Shown piece after piece: positions 11,273 to 20,983 of a DNA stretch of 64,000 nucleotides (the stretch's first letter is position 1; each line of letters starts with the position of its first letter). The stretch spans positions 80,954-144,953 of the forward strand of contig CAYSRG010000003.1 in NCBI GenBank assembly GCA_964433555.1. Reading direction: 5' to 3'. A model generated the notes under the pieces. It saw nothing but the letters and a program-made list of their open reading frames with translations. It was not told the DNA's origin and searched no databases. Origin of the DNA: an uncultured Atribacterota bacterium. Its GTDB lineage: Bacteria; Atribacterota; Phoenicimicrobiia; Phoenicimicrobiales; Stramentimicrobiaceae. Made by a program: the position numbers and the translations under genes.

Positions 11273-11395
11273 TTATCTCAATATTGCCTCTGGCTGAATA
11301 TCACAAACAAACCTGGGCTTATGTTTCAGTAACTTCAGGAATCTAAGTCGGTTTTTATCAGAAAGTATATCATACATTTTTGCTAATATCTCCAT
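11273..11395 (-). pseudogene. truncated ArsR/SmtB-family regulator (40 aa), not in the ORF track
   Basis: AGGGGAG RBS then MEILAKMYDILSDKNRLRFLKLLKHKPRFVCDIQPEAILR*, matching the ArsR N-terminal pattern LSDxNRLRILxLL...VCEI; stops before the HTH. Confidence 0.65.
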
Positions 11396-11616
11396 CAGGA
11401 ATGATCTCCCCTAATTATTTGGCTTGCTCTACAGTAATTCTATTATTATCTCTGTCAATATAATTTTTTAATTTTAAAATGATTTAAAAAATTTACTTAT
11501 TTAGTTAATATAGTGAGTAATTTTATTAAACTAGCTTAATTTGAATGAAATTTTTACTGAAATATTATATAATATTGGTAAGGTCATAATCTTTAACCTA
11601 ATGGTAAGGAGAAAAA

Positions 11617-12246
11617 ATGATAAAATTGAAGGATAAAAGAACAACTTTTAGCAATCTCTCCAGAATATGGATGGTAACTTTTTTTATTTTTGTTCTCTTT
11701 TTTGCTTCCAGTCCTGTTCTGGCTCAATACAAGACCGGTTCACCGGTACCAGATTTTACCCTGAAGACGCTGGATGAAGAAGTTTATCAGCTTAACCAAT
11801 TTTCAAATAAACAACAGCATCTTATACTATGTTTTGTACATAGCAATGAGTCTTCCTCTATTGCTAAATTAGAGGAGATGGTAAATTTCTTTAACGATTA
11901 CCAGCCTCGGGAAAGCTATCAGATTATTGCCATTATCCACCAGGATAAGCTTATAGAGGTGATACAGGAAAGGCTTTTTAACCTGAAAGAAAAAACAGAG
12001 ATTCCTCTTATTATCCTGTTGGATGTAGATGGAAAAGCAAATGCCAGCTATGAGATTGAAAGCTATCCCACTATACTCTTACTAAGATCAGACCTATATG
12101 TCAGAAAGGTATATGACCGCTTTACAACCAGACAGAAAGCTAGCTTCTATCAATACCTAAAATTTATCTTTACCTCTAAAAAAATTAATGACAATAGCAG
12201 CGGTTGCGATGGCGGAGTCTGTCCTCCCCCTCCGGGATCTGAATAA
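11617..12246 (+). CDS. exported redoxin/AhpC-TSA-fold protein lacking the canonical CxxC
   Basis: signal/TM, GSPVPDFTLKTLD, LLDVDG..ASY.IESYPTILL; C-terminal GCDGGVCPPPPG. Confidence 0.75.
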   Translation: MIKLKDKRTTFSNLSRIWMVTFFIFVLFFASSPVLAQYKTGSPVPDFTLKTLDEEVYQLNQFSNKQQHLILCFVHSNESSSIAKLEEMVNFFNDYQPRESYQIIAIIHQDKLIEVIQERLFNLKEKTEIPLIILLDVDGKANASYEIESYPTILLLRSDLYVRKVYDRFTTRQKASFYQYLKFIFTSKKINDNSSGCDGGVCPPPPGSE

Positions 12247-12267
12247 TAAATTAGAAAGGTAAGGTAA

Positions 12268-12984
12268 ATGTCTTTTAATAGAAAGCAATTAATCATTGTC
12301 TTTGCTATCTGTATACTTTTGTTTTACTTAGCTGGTTGCAGTAAGACCAAACAGCCAAGATTAGCAGTATCGGAAGAAAGTTGGTATTATGGAGAGGTTA
12401 TGCCCGATCAAATAGCCTCTCATCAATTTACTTTAAAAAATGAGGGCGAAGATAAACTAATTATTGAATCGGTTTATTCCTCCTGTGCCTGTGTCAGTCT
12501 GGAGCTGGGTGAAAAAGAGATACCAGCTGGAGGAGAAACACAACTTATAACTATCTTTGATCCTTATGGTTATGAAGGAGATGTCAGTAAGTATCTTACC
12601 ATTAAATCCAATGATCCAGAGCATCCAGAAAAAAAAATTGATTTGACTATCAACGTCACAAGGGTTCCTAATCCTGATATAAAGCTATCACAACAGACCT
12701 TTGTTCTAGGAAATATTAGCGGACAAGAACAATCTGTTCTTCAATTTACCATTACTAATACCGGTGACGCCGATCTATTGATTGAAGATGTAGTTGTAGA
12801 AGAAATATTCAGTCATAATTTGAAATTGCCCCTTACCATGTCCCCAGGAGAGCAGTATCAGGCAGAAGTATACCTCTCCACCAGCCAGTTGAAAGAGGGA
12901 GAGTTCCGCAAAGCAGTACGCATTATGACCAATGATCCTCAAAATCCAATGGTATTCTTACGCATAAGCGGGATTAGGTCTTAA
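12268..12984 (+). CDS. lipoprotein with two DUF1573 Ig-like domains
   Basis: lipobox LAGC; FTLKNEG...SSCAC...I.SNDP and second repeat FTITNTG...IMTNDP. Confidence 0.8.
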   Translation: MSFNRKQLIIVFAICILLFYLAGCSKTKQPRLAVSEESWYYGEVMPDQIASHQFTLKNEGEDKLIIESVYSSCACVSLELGEKEIPAGGETQLITIFDPYGYEGDVSKYLTIKSNDPEHPEKKIDLTINVTRVPNPDIKLSQQTFVLGNISGQEQSVLQFTITNTGDADLLIEDVVVEEIFSHNLKLPLTMSPGEQYQAEVYLSTSQLKEGEFRKAVRIMTNDPQNPMVFLRISGIRS

Positions 12985-13012
12985 ATATTATTCTCTTGAT
13001 GTACAGTCTTTT

Positions 13013-14248
13013 TTAACTACCATTCCCACCTTTCAGAGAGGAAGAATAATTAGTAATAACTCTGGCTAATCTCTTAATCCCCTCCTCAATATCTTCTAAG
13101 CTAGGATAACAGAATGATAATCTCATAGTATTTTTCCCTTTTCCATTGGCATAGAACGACGAGCCACTGACATAAGCTACTTTTTCTTTTATTGCCTCAT
13201 AGAGCATGGTATCTGTATCTAGGTATTCAGGAAGAGTTACAAATACAAAAAATCCTCCTTCTGGTTTAGTCCAGGATGCTTCTGCTGGAAAATATTTTTC
13301 CAAAGATTCTAACATTACATCTCGTTTCTTCTTATAAATTAAGACATTTGACTCTATGTTCTTATCTATTAATCCCTCGTTGCAATATTCATAAGCAATC
13401 AATTGATTAAGAATAGAAGTACATAGATCGGTAGCCTGTTTTAAAATAACAATCTTTTCAATTATTTCTTGATGACCGGAAACCCAGGCTAACCTCAAAC
13501 CAGGACATAGTATTTTAGAAAAAGTACCTAAATTTATTACATAACCTTCATGGTCTAAAGAAAATATTGAGGGAAGTGGAGTCCCTTCAAATCGGATTTT
13601 ATCATAAGGATTATCTTCTACAATAATAAGATTATAATTTTTTACAATTTCCAGAAGTTTTTTCCTGCGAGATAAGGATATGGTAACACCAGCAGGATTT
13701 TGAAAATTTGAAATTGTATAAACAAACTTAGCCTTCTTACTCTTGCTTTTAATTGTAGCAAGCTTATCTTCAAATATTTCCATAATCATACCATCTTCAT
13801 CCATTGGAATTCCAATTATCTCGGCTCCATAACTACGAAAAGCATTTAATGCTGCCAAATAACTGGGTAATTCTACTATAACTATATCGCCGGGATCTAA
13901 GAGCGCTTTACTCACTAAATCCAAACCCTGTTGTGAACCAGAAGTTATAATAATATTATCTGTAGTAAATTTTTTAACATCCATTTCTAACCATTGAGCT
14001 AAAAATTCTCTTAATTTCAGTAATCCTTCTGTACTGCTATACTGTAAAGCGAGAGAGCTATTATTAGCCAATATTTTTATGCATATCTCTTTTATTTCCT
14101 CTGCAGGAAATGTTACCGGATCAGGCATTCCGCCTGCTAAAGATATTACATCGGAACTCTGAATAATTTTCAAGATCTCTCTAATTGAGGAAGCTTTACT
14201 TTGCTGAGCTAACTTTGAAAATAATTGTTCATTTTTAACTGATGGCAT
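13013..14248 (-). CDS. PLP-dependent class I/II aminotransferase (LysN/ARO8-like)
   Basis: ISLAGGMPDP, TSGSQQGL, FQNPAG, EDNPY, GTFSKILCPGLRLAW. Confidence 0.9.
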   Translation of the reverse strand: MPSVKNEQLFSKLAQQSKASSIREILKIIQSSDVISLAGGMPDPVTFPAEEIKEICIKILANNSSLALQYSSTEGLLKLREFLAQWLEMDVKKFTTDNIIITSGSQQGLDLVSKALLDPGDIVIVELPSYLAALNAFRSYGAEIIGIPMDEDGMIMEIFEDKLATIKSKSKKAKFVYTISNFQNPAGVTISLSRRKKLLEIVKNYNLIIVEDNPYDKIRFEGTPLPSIFSLDHEGYVINLGTFSKILCPGLRLAWVSGHQEIIEKIVILKQATDLCTSILNQLIAYEYCNEGLIDKNIESNVLIYKKKRDVMLESLEKYFPAEASWTKPEGGFFVFVTLPEYLDTDTMLYEAIKEKVAYVSGSSFYANGKGKNTMRLSFCYPSLEDIEEGIKRLARVITNYSSSLKGGNGS

Positions 14249-14515
14249 TACTCTACTCCTTTTATTTTAAAATTTTACTTGTACCAGTAAACAACACCCT
14301 GCAGGCAACTGAAACTACTAGCTCTTTAATTATATAACTTTCTTCTAATTTGATAAATAGAATACCCTGAATTGTCACAATATTCAAATCAAAGTAAAAA
14401 TAATGTAAAAAAATAGGATTAGGATTTGAAACATAACAAAAATAAAAAATAAAGTTTTAAAACCTGATCCTGTTTAACTACGATTTTTATATATTTAAAT
14501 ATATTAAAAATTTAG

Positions 14516-15457
14516 CTATTTAGCATTTAATTTTCTTATATAAAATCTGTTTCCTTCAAATTCTATTTCAGCTAATTGACCTTTGCTAATTAATTTAAGG
14601 ATAACCGACCAGTCAGATTTTGCCCTATTTAAAAAATCCCTCAGCGCTTCTTCTCTCATGGGATGAACTGAGGTGATACTTAAAATATCTTCTTCTACTT
14701 CACCAGTGAAGGCAAAAGCATTTCCCTCATAACCAATAAGATATTCCACTTGATTAATTCTTTTTTTAAAGATATTATAGCTCTGATTAATTACTTCTTC
14801 TGATGGTGCTAGAACCCATCTCTTTGCTGGTGGTCGAATAGGTATTGATAAATAGGCTCTACCTGGATTAAGCCTGGCTAAAAAATCAGCTACTCTCTCT
14901 ATATGTTGGCTATCATCATTAATATTCTGAACTAACATTGTTTCGGTTATTATTTCCCCTTTAAAAGTTTGTGCAAATTCTAACATTCTATTCAAAATGT
15001 TATCTAAATGCAACTTTCGATGGGGTCGATTAATCTTTTTCCATATCTCCTCTTCTACAGAATCTACCTTCAAAGAAATCAAATCTGCTTCCTTTAAACT
15101 CTCTCTTACTTGTTTCTGATCTATAAGTGAACTATTGCTAATAACAGCTATTTTAATACCTAAAGGTTTGATTAATTTAATCTCTTTACCCAAATTAACA
15201 TCTAAAGTAGGCTCTCCATCTGGTACAAAAGTAAGATAATCAATAGTTTCTCCTTTTTCTTTACTCTTATGTATTTTTTCTTGAACCTCAGCAAAAATCT
15301 GATCAGGAGGATAAAAAGTTTGTGGCTCCATCTTCATATGGGAAGTTTTTCCTATCTGACAATATACACAGGCATAAGTACATATTTTGGGGGGAATATT
15401 ATTTATTCCTAAACTACGTCCTAAACGTCGGGAAGGAATTGGACCAAAGGTAAGCAT
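14516..15457 (-). CDS. radical SAM protein of unknown function
   Basis: FGPIPSRRLGRSLGINN, CTYACVYC, DGEPTL. Confidence 0.9.
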   Translation of the reverse strand: MLTFGPIPSRRLGRSLGINNIPPKICTYACVYCQIGKTSHMKMEPQTFYPPDQIFAEVQEKIHKSKEKGETIDYLTFVPDGEPTLDVNLGKEIKLIKPLGIKIAVISNSSLIDQKQVRESLKEADLISLKVDSVEEEIWKKINRPHRKLHLDNILNRMLEFAQTFKGEIITETMLVQNINDDSQHIERVADFLARLNPGRAYLSIPIRPPAKRWVLAPSEEVINQSYNIFKKRINQVEYLIGYEGNAFAFTGEVEEDILSITSVHPMREEALRDFLNRAKSDWSVILKLISKGQLAEIEFEGNRFYIRKLNAK

Positions 15458-15596
15458 TATTTCTCCTTCATCTTAAAAATTATAAACATATAGTTGGTCA
15501 GCTGATATTTTTATTTGCTAACCGGTACTAAACATTATCTATAAAATAAATAATTTCGATTTTTGGATTAAGAGAAAAAATTGGTTGAATAAAATT

Positions 15597-16454
15597 TTAA
15601 AATACTTTTTGCCAGATATCCCTTATCTCTTTAGTCACTTTACTATCGCTATACTCTACTACTGGTAATCCCTTTACCAGTGCTTCGGTAATTACATTAT
15701 CAAAATGTATTTTACCACCTACTGAAATACAATTTTGTCCACAAAACTTTTCTATTCTGGAAGAGTTTTCTAAATTAAGATCATATTTATTAATTATTAC
15801 TACTGCCTTCACTCCAAAATGCTGAGTAACTTTTATCACTCTTTCTAGATCATGTATCCCCGAAAGAGTTGGTTCAGTAACCACTATCGCTAAATTAGCA
15901 CCACTGATAGAAGCTATTAGTGGACAACTGATTCCTGGAGGCCCATCAATAATAATTAATTCTAGATTCTTTTTCTTGGCAACTTCTTGAGCATTCTGAC
16001 GGACTAAAGCAACTAATTTCCCAGAATTTTCTTCTGCTATACCTAATCTAGCATAAATCAAAGGACCATATTTTGTTTCAGAAAGATACCATTCACCACA
16101 ATGATTTTCGTTCATTTGAATAGCCTGTTGAGGACAAACCAGGGCACACAAACCACATCCTTCGCAAGAAACAGAGTCAATAACGGTCTGCTCCTGGGAA
16201 ATTTTAATGGCTTCAAAACGACATAATTCCTGACATAGACCACATTGATTGCATTTTGACAAATCAATAGCTGGGATTAGTCCGGCATAAAAATCATGCT
16301 TCTCTGTTACCTCAGGATGAAGTAAAAGGTAAAGATTAGAGGCATCTACATCACAATCTCCCATTACCTTATTTTTTGCTAAAGCTGCAATACTGGCAGC
16401 GAGAACCGTCTTGCCTGTCCCACCCTTGCCACTAATAATAACAATCTCTTTCAT
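15597..16454 (-). CDS. MinD-like P-loop ATPase with inserted 2[4Fe-4S] ferredoxin
   Basis: SGKGGTGKT, DCDVD, CNQCGLCQELC, CEGCGLCALVCP, DGPPG.SCP. Confidence 0.9.
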   Translation of the reverse strand: MKEIVIISGKGGTGKTVLAASIAALAKNKVMGDCDVDASNLYLLLHPEVTEKHDFYAGLIPAIDLSKCNQCGLCQELCRFEAIKISQEQTVIDSVSCEGCGLCALVCPQQAIQMNENHCGEWYLSETKYGPLIYARLGIAEENSGKLVALVRQNAQEVAKKKNLELIIIDGPPGISCPLIASISGANLAIVVTEPTLSGIHDLERVIKVTQHFGVKAVVIINKYDLNLENSSRIEKFCGQNCISVGGKIHFDNVITEALVKGLPVVEYSDSKVTKEIRDIWQKVF

Positions 16455-16476
16455 TTAAAAAACCTCAATACCTATC

Positions 16477-17373
16477 CTAAACAATCTTATACTGTTTGCT
16501 AATGTTTTGAAAAAGCTGGATAAAATTCTGTTTATAGGAACGATTTAAATTTACTATAGGCATACCTTTAGAATAAGCTATGGCAATCTCTTTGTCCAAA
16601 GGGAGAAAAAGCAAGATAGGAATATCATTTTCCTTACAATAATCCTCTACTTCATGGTTTCCGATATCACACTTATTCAAAATTACACCATGAGGAATCT
16701 GTAACTTTTGGAGCACTTCTACAGCTAATACAAGATCGTGCAATCCGAAAGGAGTCGGCTCAGAAACCAATATGGTATAATCACTACCTTTTACCGATTC
16801 GATAACCGGACAGGAAGTTCCCGGAGGTACGTCAATAAGTAAAATATATTGTTTTTTTACCTTTATATCTTCGTTTTCTCTATTCCTATATTTTTCTATA
16901 CTTTTCTTCTTAATTTTCTTGATTATAGGCGGTGCCATCGGTTCTCCGATATTTAACCTTCCCCCTATAAAACTAATAGAACCTGATTTGCCCTCCTCTA
17001 AAATTCCTATCTCTCTACCTTCTTCATTGATTGCCTTTTGGGGACAAAATAGAGTACATGCTCCACAACTATGGCATAATTCAGGGAAAACCAAAACCTT
17101 ATCCTTAGTCACCGCAATAGCATTATAAACACATACCTGGGCACATTTACCACAATAATTACATTTTTGATAGTCAATTTCAGGAACAGGAATTTTTATT
17201 GACTCTCTTTTCTTTATCAATGGATTTAAAAAAAGATGGGCATTGGGTTCTTCTACATCACAATCTAGAAAATGAACATTATTCTTTTGATCTCCAACTA
17301 AAGCTAAAGCCAGATTAACCGCAATAGTGGTTTTACCAGAACCACCCTTGCCGCTAGCAACCGAAATAATCAT
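16477..17373 (-). CDS. MinD-like P-loop ATPase with inserted 2[4Fe-4S] ferredoxin (paralog)
   Basis: SGKGGSGKTT, DCDVEEPN, CNYCGKCAQVC, CHSCGACTLFCP, PPGTSCP. Confidence 0.9.
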   Translation of the reverse strand: MIISVASGKGGSGKTTIAVNLALALVGDQKNNVHFLDCDVEEPNAHLFLNPLIKKRESIKIPVPEIDYQKCNYCGKCAQVCVYNAIAVTKDKVLVFPELCHSCGACTLFCPQKAINEEGREIGILEEGKSGSISFIGGRLNIGEPMAPPIIKKIKKKSIEKYRNRENEDIKVKKQYILLIDVPPGTSCPVIESVKGSDYTILVSEPTPFGLHDLVLAVEVLQKLQIPHGVILNKCDIGNHEVEDYCKENDIPILLFLPLDKEIAIAYSKGMPIVNLNRSYKQNFIQLFQNISKQYKIV

Positions 17374-17397
17374 TTAACTTTATCCTTTTTTAGAATC

Positions 17398-17610
17398 TTA
17401 TTGTCTTACCATTATAGTACCACATTTAGGACATTTAATACTGGTACAAGCTATGCCTGCCTGATGAGGAACAGTCGTACCACAAGAAGGACAAACACAA
17501 TTTCCACCTAATCCCATTCCTCCACCTCCCCGGCGTCCTTGCCCTGCACCTCTACCACGTCCAGTTCCCGGACCTAATCCGGCAGGACCAGTTCCATCTC
17601 CTCTTGGCAT
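17398..17610 (-). CDS. small Gly/Arg-rich protein (DUF5320-like N-terminus) with Cys-rich zinc-ribbon-like tail
   Basis: MPRGDGTGP.G.GPGTGRG; CVCPSC...CTSIKCPKC; GGAG RBS. Confidence 0.8.
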   Translation of the reverse strand: MPRGDGTGPAGLGPGTGRGRGAGQGRRGGGGMGLGGNCVCPSCGTTVPHQAGIACTSIKCPKCGTIMVRQ

Positions 17611-17643
17611 TTTACTCTCCTTTCTATTTTTTATACTATATTC

Positions 17644-18030
17644 TTAATGATTATCAGAATGAGTACATTCTTCTTTTTCTATACCGTACCCCTTCCCTGC
17701 TCCAGGCTTACAAGAAGAAATTCCCCCTTGTAATCTTCCCTGTACGAATGCATCAACTACCTTATTTATCTTACCGCTCACCCCGAGAACAGGAGTAATT
17801 CCTTTTTCCGCAAATAGTACCTGCGCTCTATTCCCCATACCTCCACAAATTATATATTTTACACCCTTCTCAGAAAGAAAGGCAGGTAAAAATCCTGGTT
17901 GATGCCCGGGATTATTTATTTCTTCCATCTTTAAAACCTTTCCCTCTTCAATTTCTGCAATGGTAAAGACGGGACATCTTCCGAAATGTTCTGATACTAG
18001 ACCAGAATCAGTAGAAATAGCTATCTTCAT
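17644..18030 (-). CDS. NifB/NifX-fold (dinitrogenase FeMo-cofactor-binding family) protein
   Basis: MKIAIS...HFGRCP.F, ICGGMG.RA, C-terminal Cys/His. Confidence 0.9.
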   Translation of the reverse strand: MKIAISTDSGLVSEHFGRCPVFTIAEIEEGKVLKMEEINNPGHQPGFLPAFLSEKGVKYIICGGMGNRAQVLFAEKGITPVLGVSGKINKVVDAFVQGRLQGGISSCKPGAGKGYGIEKEECTHSDNH

Positions 18031-18082
18031 CCTATCCTCCTATCCTTCTGATTTTTTTTAACCTTTGGAAAATTTATCAACC

Positions 18083-18457
18083 TTATCTACCCCTTTTTAT
18101 GCCAGAATGAGGAGAAACATTGGGATGAGAAACTGCTTGGAAACCACCTGATTTAAATTTATCTAACGCCTCCTGAACTGTACCCACTACACCAGTAATA
18201 ACTTCTATGCCAGCAGCTTGTAGAGTTTGAAAGGCATTGGGACCGCAATTTCCGGTTAATACTGCTTTTACTCCTTTATCGGCCATTATTTGACCTGACT
18301 GTATCCCTACTCCTCCCATACCCTGGGCTGCACTATTTTCTACTGCTTCAAATTTTCCACTATCAGTATCTATTAAAATAAAGTAAGCACACCTTCCAAA
18401 TCGAGGATCTACCTGCGATTTTAAGTCTGGACCATTTGAGGTAATTGCTATTTTCAT
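18083..18457 (-). CDS. NifB/NifX-fold protein (Orange-protein-like)
   Basis: VDPRFGRCAYF, GGVGIQSGQ, LTGNCGPNAF, NVSPHSG. Confidence 0.9.
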   Translation of the reverse strand: MKIAITSNGPDLKSQVDPRFGRCAYFILIDTDSGKFEAVENSAAQGMGGVGIQSGQIMADKGVKAVLTGNCGPNAFQTLQAAGIEVITGVVGTVQEALDKFKSGGFQAVSHPNVSPHSGIKRGR

Positions 18458-18685
18458 ATTGCACCTTCCTTTTTAATGATTAAATTTTTTATAAATAAAG
18501 AAACTATTAGATGCATTCCTTATTCCTTTATTTATTTGCTCATTTTTCTAATTAATTCGTAATTTTATTAATTGCTTCAAGTTGTTCCTTTATAGTTTTT
18601 GTTTCTTCGGTTAATATCTCATCTCCTTTTTAAGCTTCATTAGCTATTGGTAAATATTCCTTTCTATTTTTTAATATGTCTTTTT

Positions 18686-18704
18686 TATAATGATAACCAT
18701 TTTC
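18686..18704. promoter_or_regulatory. Fur-box-like operator
   Basis: TATAATGATAACCATTTTC, 16/19 match to GATAATGATAATCATTATC; lies between fur and the downstream cluster. Confidence 0.65.
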
Positions 18705-18726
18705 AATAAATTATGAAAAAAATATC

Positions 18727-19209
18727 TTAATTCTTTATAGTTCTACATTTTTTACATAGCCCATAAAATTGGATGGTATGATTCTTGATTTCAAAATCAT
18801 ATTTCTTTGCTAATTCTTTCTCAGTTTTTCTAATTAACTCCATTTCTTCCTCTGCAAAATCATCATAATCTATTACTCTTCCGCAATTGGTGCATATCAG
18901 GTGATGATGGTGCGAGGTATCTTTATCTCCCCGGGATAGCTCATACCTAGCTCGACCATCCCCAAAATCAAACTTAAAAACTAATCCTATCCTAACCAAT
19001 AATTCTAATGTTCGGTAAACAGTAGTAAGACCTATAGTCGGATATATTTGATGTACTTTTAAGTAAATATCTTCTGCACTTAAATGTTTTTTTGATTCAT
19101 TTAAAACCTGCAAAATAATCTGACGCGGTACAGTTATCCTATAACCACCACCTCTAAATTCTCCGTGCCACCATTTTCCAGGTCCACTTCCGCACCATCT
19201 TCTGGGCAT
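18727..19209 (-). CDS. fur: Fur-family transcriptional regulator
   Basis: HLSAEDIY, TTVYRTL, HHHHLICTNCG, YGLCKKC. Confidence 0.92.
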   Translation of the reverse strand: MPRRWCGSGPGKWWHGEFRGGGYRITVPRQIILQVLNESKKHLSAEDIYLKVHQIYPTIGLTTVYRTLELLVRIGLVFKFDFGDGRARYELSRGDKDTSHHHHLICTNCGRVIDYDDFAEEEMELIRKTEKELAKKYDFEIKNHTIQFYGLCKKCRTIKN

Positions 19210-19226
19210 ATTGATAATTCCTTATT

Positions 19227-19274
19227 GATAATGATTTTCATTAATATGATACATAAAATCATTTAACTTGTCAA
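19227..19274 (-). promoter_or_regulatory. sigma70 promoter of fur with adjacent Fur-box-like operator
   Basis: minus strand TTGACA(19274-19269)-17-TATCAT(19251-19246); GATAATGATTTTCATTAAT at 19227-19245 (15/19 to Fur consensus). Confidence 0.7.
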
Positions 19275-19520
19275 CAATCCCTTTCTTTTATGTGAATTAA
19301 AAATTAAAAGTGAACATAATAAAGCTATAGTCTAAAAAGATGAGAGGTTTATGTTTATAGTTCAGTCATAAGAAAGGGATAGTATTCAGATTAAAAAATA
19401 TTAAATGTCATCTGGCTAAGAACAGATGATTAGGTATAGAAAGAAGGAAGGTATAACTTCTGTTAACATTAGCCGGACAGGGTATCAAAATATCTATTTT
19501 CCCAAGCTAAATAAGCTAAA

Positions 19521-20027
19521 TTATTTGATAAAATGAACTATCTCTGAAATCGGCTTACGCCTTTTAATTCCAGGATTATCTGCTGGATAGCCTATAGGTG
19601 TAAAAGCAATGGGTTCCATATCTGGAGTTAGATTAAGATATTTCCTAGCAGCATCGGGATTAAAAGCACCAATCCAGCAGGTTCCTATCCCCAAATCTGT
19701 TGCGGCAAGTATAATATAATCCATAACTATAGCTGAATCCACATCTACATAATTTTTACCATCTCTGCGCACCCAACAATCTTTTGGTATACCACAAATA
19801 CCTACCACATAGGGAGCTTGAACAAACCATTCCTGTGAGCATATCTTTATTAATTTATCTTTAAAATGTGCGGTTTTAATGACAAAAAGCTGAAAACTCT
19901 GCTTATTGCAGGCAGTAGGTGCTAGATTAGCCGCTTCCAGGATTTTGTCAATAATTTCAGCAGGAATATCATCAGATTTATAGGCTCTTACGCTATATCT
20001 TTTTTTAATTAATTCCTTAAATTCCAT
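19521..20027 (-). CDS. nitroreductase-family flavoprotein
   Basis: RYSVRAY, APTACNKQ, LAATDLGIGTCWIG, IGYP. Confidence 0.92.
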   Translation of the reverse strand: MEFKELIKKRYSVRAYKSDDIPAEIIDKILEAANLAPTACNKQSFQLFVIKTAHFKDKLIKICSQEWFVQAPYVVGICGIPKDCWVRRDGKNYVDVDSAIVMDYIILAATDLGIGTCWIGAFNPDAARKYLNLTPDMEPIAFTPIGYPADNPGIKRRKPISEIVHFIK

Positions 20028-20485
20028 ACTAAATTTCCCCTTTTCTTATTTGTGGCTTCTATAAAGAATATATTTTTTATTTTGACTTTATGTAACTAAT
20101 AACTACTCTAGGATTTCTTTTTCAAACACTATATTTATATAAATAATAAAACAGCTACCAACTTTTTCAAATATTGTGTCGCCATTTTTCTTCATCCTAT
20201 ATTTCACTATCTTTCGCATATTTTCCATAAAGGTATAATTCTCGATCATTACTTATTCTTCTGACAACCAGCAGCAAGTATTACTATTCTTATTAAATCT
20301 TTCCTGGTTCAAGTAATTAATCTTTTTTTCATAATTCCACTATTCCTTACAGATAATGTTGATCTTTCCAGAGAAATAAAGGCAAAAAATCAAATTTTAC
20401 TAAATTATAACTTTTCCATACAAAATGAAAAGACCTGATTTTGTGATTTTAAATCAATTTTCAACAAGCTAACCAGAAGAATTTT

Positions 20486-20983
20486 TTATAGAAATGGGAG
20501 AATCATAGGGACTCTCTTTTGATATTCTTTATATTTATTGCCAAATTTATTAATCAGTAATTTCTCTTCATAACGGGACATGAAATAATAAAACAAGCAT
20601 ATCAATAGCCAGATCAGGAAGGCTAAAATAGAAGAGCTTAAAACAACAAAGCTGAAAAACAAGAATACAGAACCAAAATACATAGGATGTCTTACTATGT
20701 GAAATACACCGCTTGTCACAACACCTATTTCTTTCTCAGTTTCTTTGAAAATTATTTTATGAGATTTCAAAATAAAATAACTTCCAATTTTAAAAAATAT
20801 AAAAAATAATGGTGCCGCAATAATCCAGGGTAGTTTTCCGATAATCTTGTTTGAGAATTTAAATAGGAATACATCAAGAACGATAACCAAAACCAGAGCA
20901 AGAAAGAGGATTAGCTGCCCTAGATCATTAAGTGGGTGTTCACCAGCAAGATTTTGGTGTTTTGAGGAATAAGATAAATTCAC
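20486..20983 (-). CDS. isoprenylcysteine-carboxyl/phospholipid methyltransferase-family membrane protein
   Basis: TSGVFHIVRHPMY.G and EEK.L..KFG..Y.EY..RVP motifs. Confidence 0.85.
   Translation of the reverse strand: MNLSYSSKHQNLAGEHPLNDLGQLILFLALVLVIVLDVFLFKFSNKIIGKLPWIIAAPLFFIFFKIGSYFILKSHKIIFKETEKEIGVVTSGVFHIVRHPMYFGSVFLFFSFVVLSSSILAFLIWLLICLFYYFMSRYEEKLLINKFGNKYKEYQKRVPMILPFL

Noticed and set aside
17644-18457. nitrogen fixation
   Set aside because: NifB/NifX-fold domains only; no nifHDK or nifEN in the window
20100-20400. RIVILAAG string on the minus strand suggesting a nucleotidyltransferase remnant
   Set aside because: Only a short match surrounded by stops; not enough support
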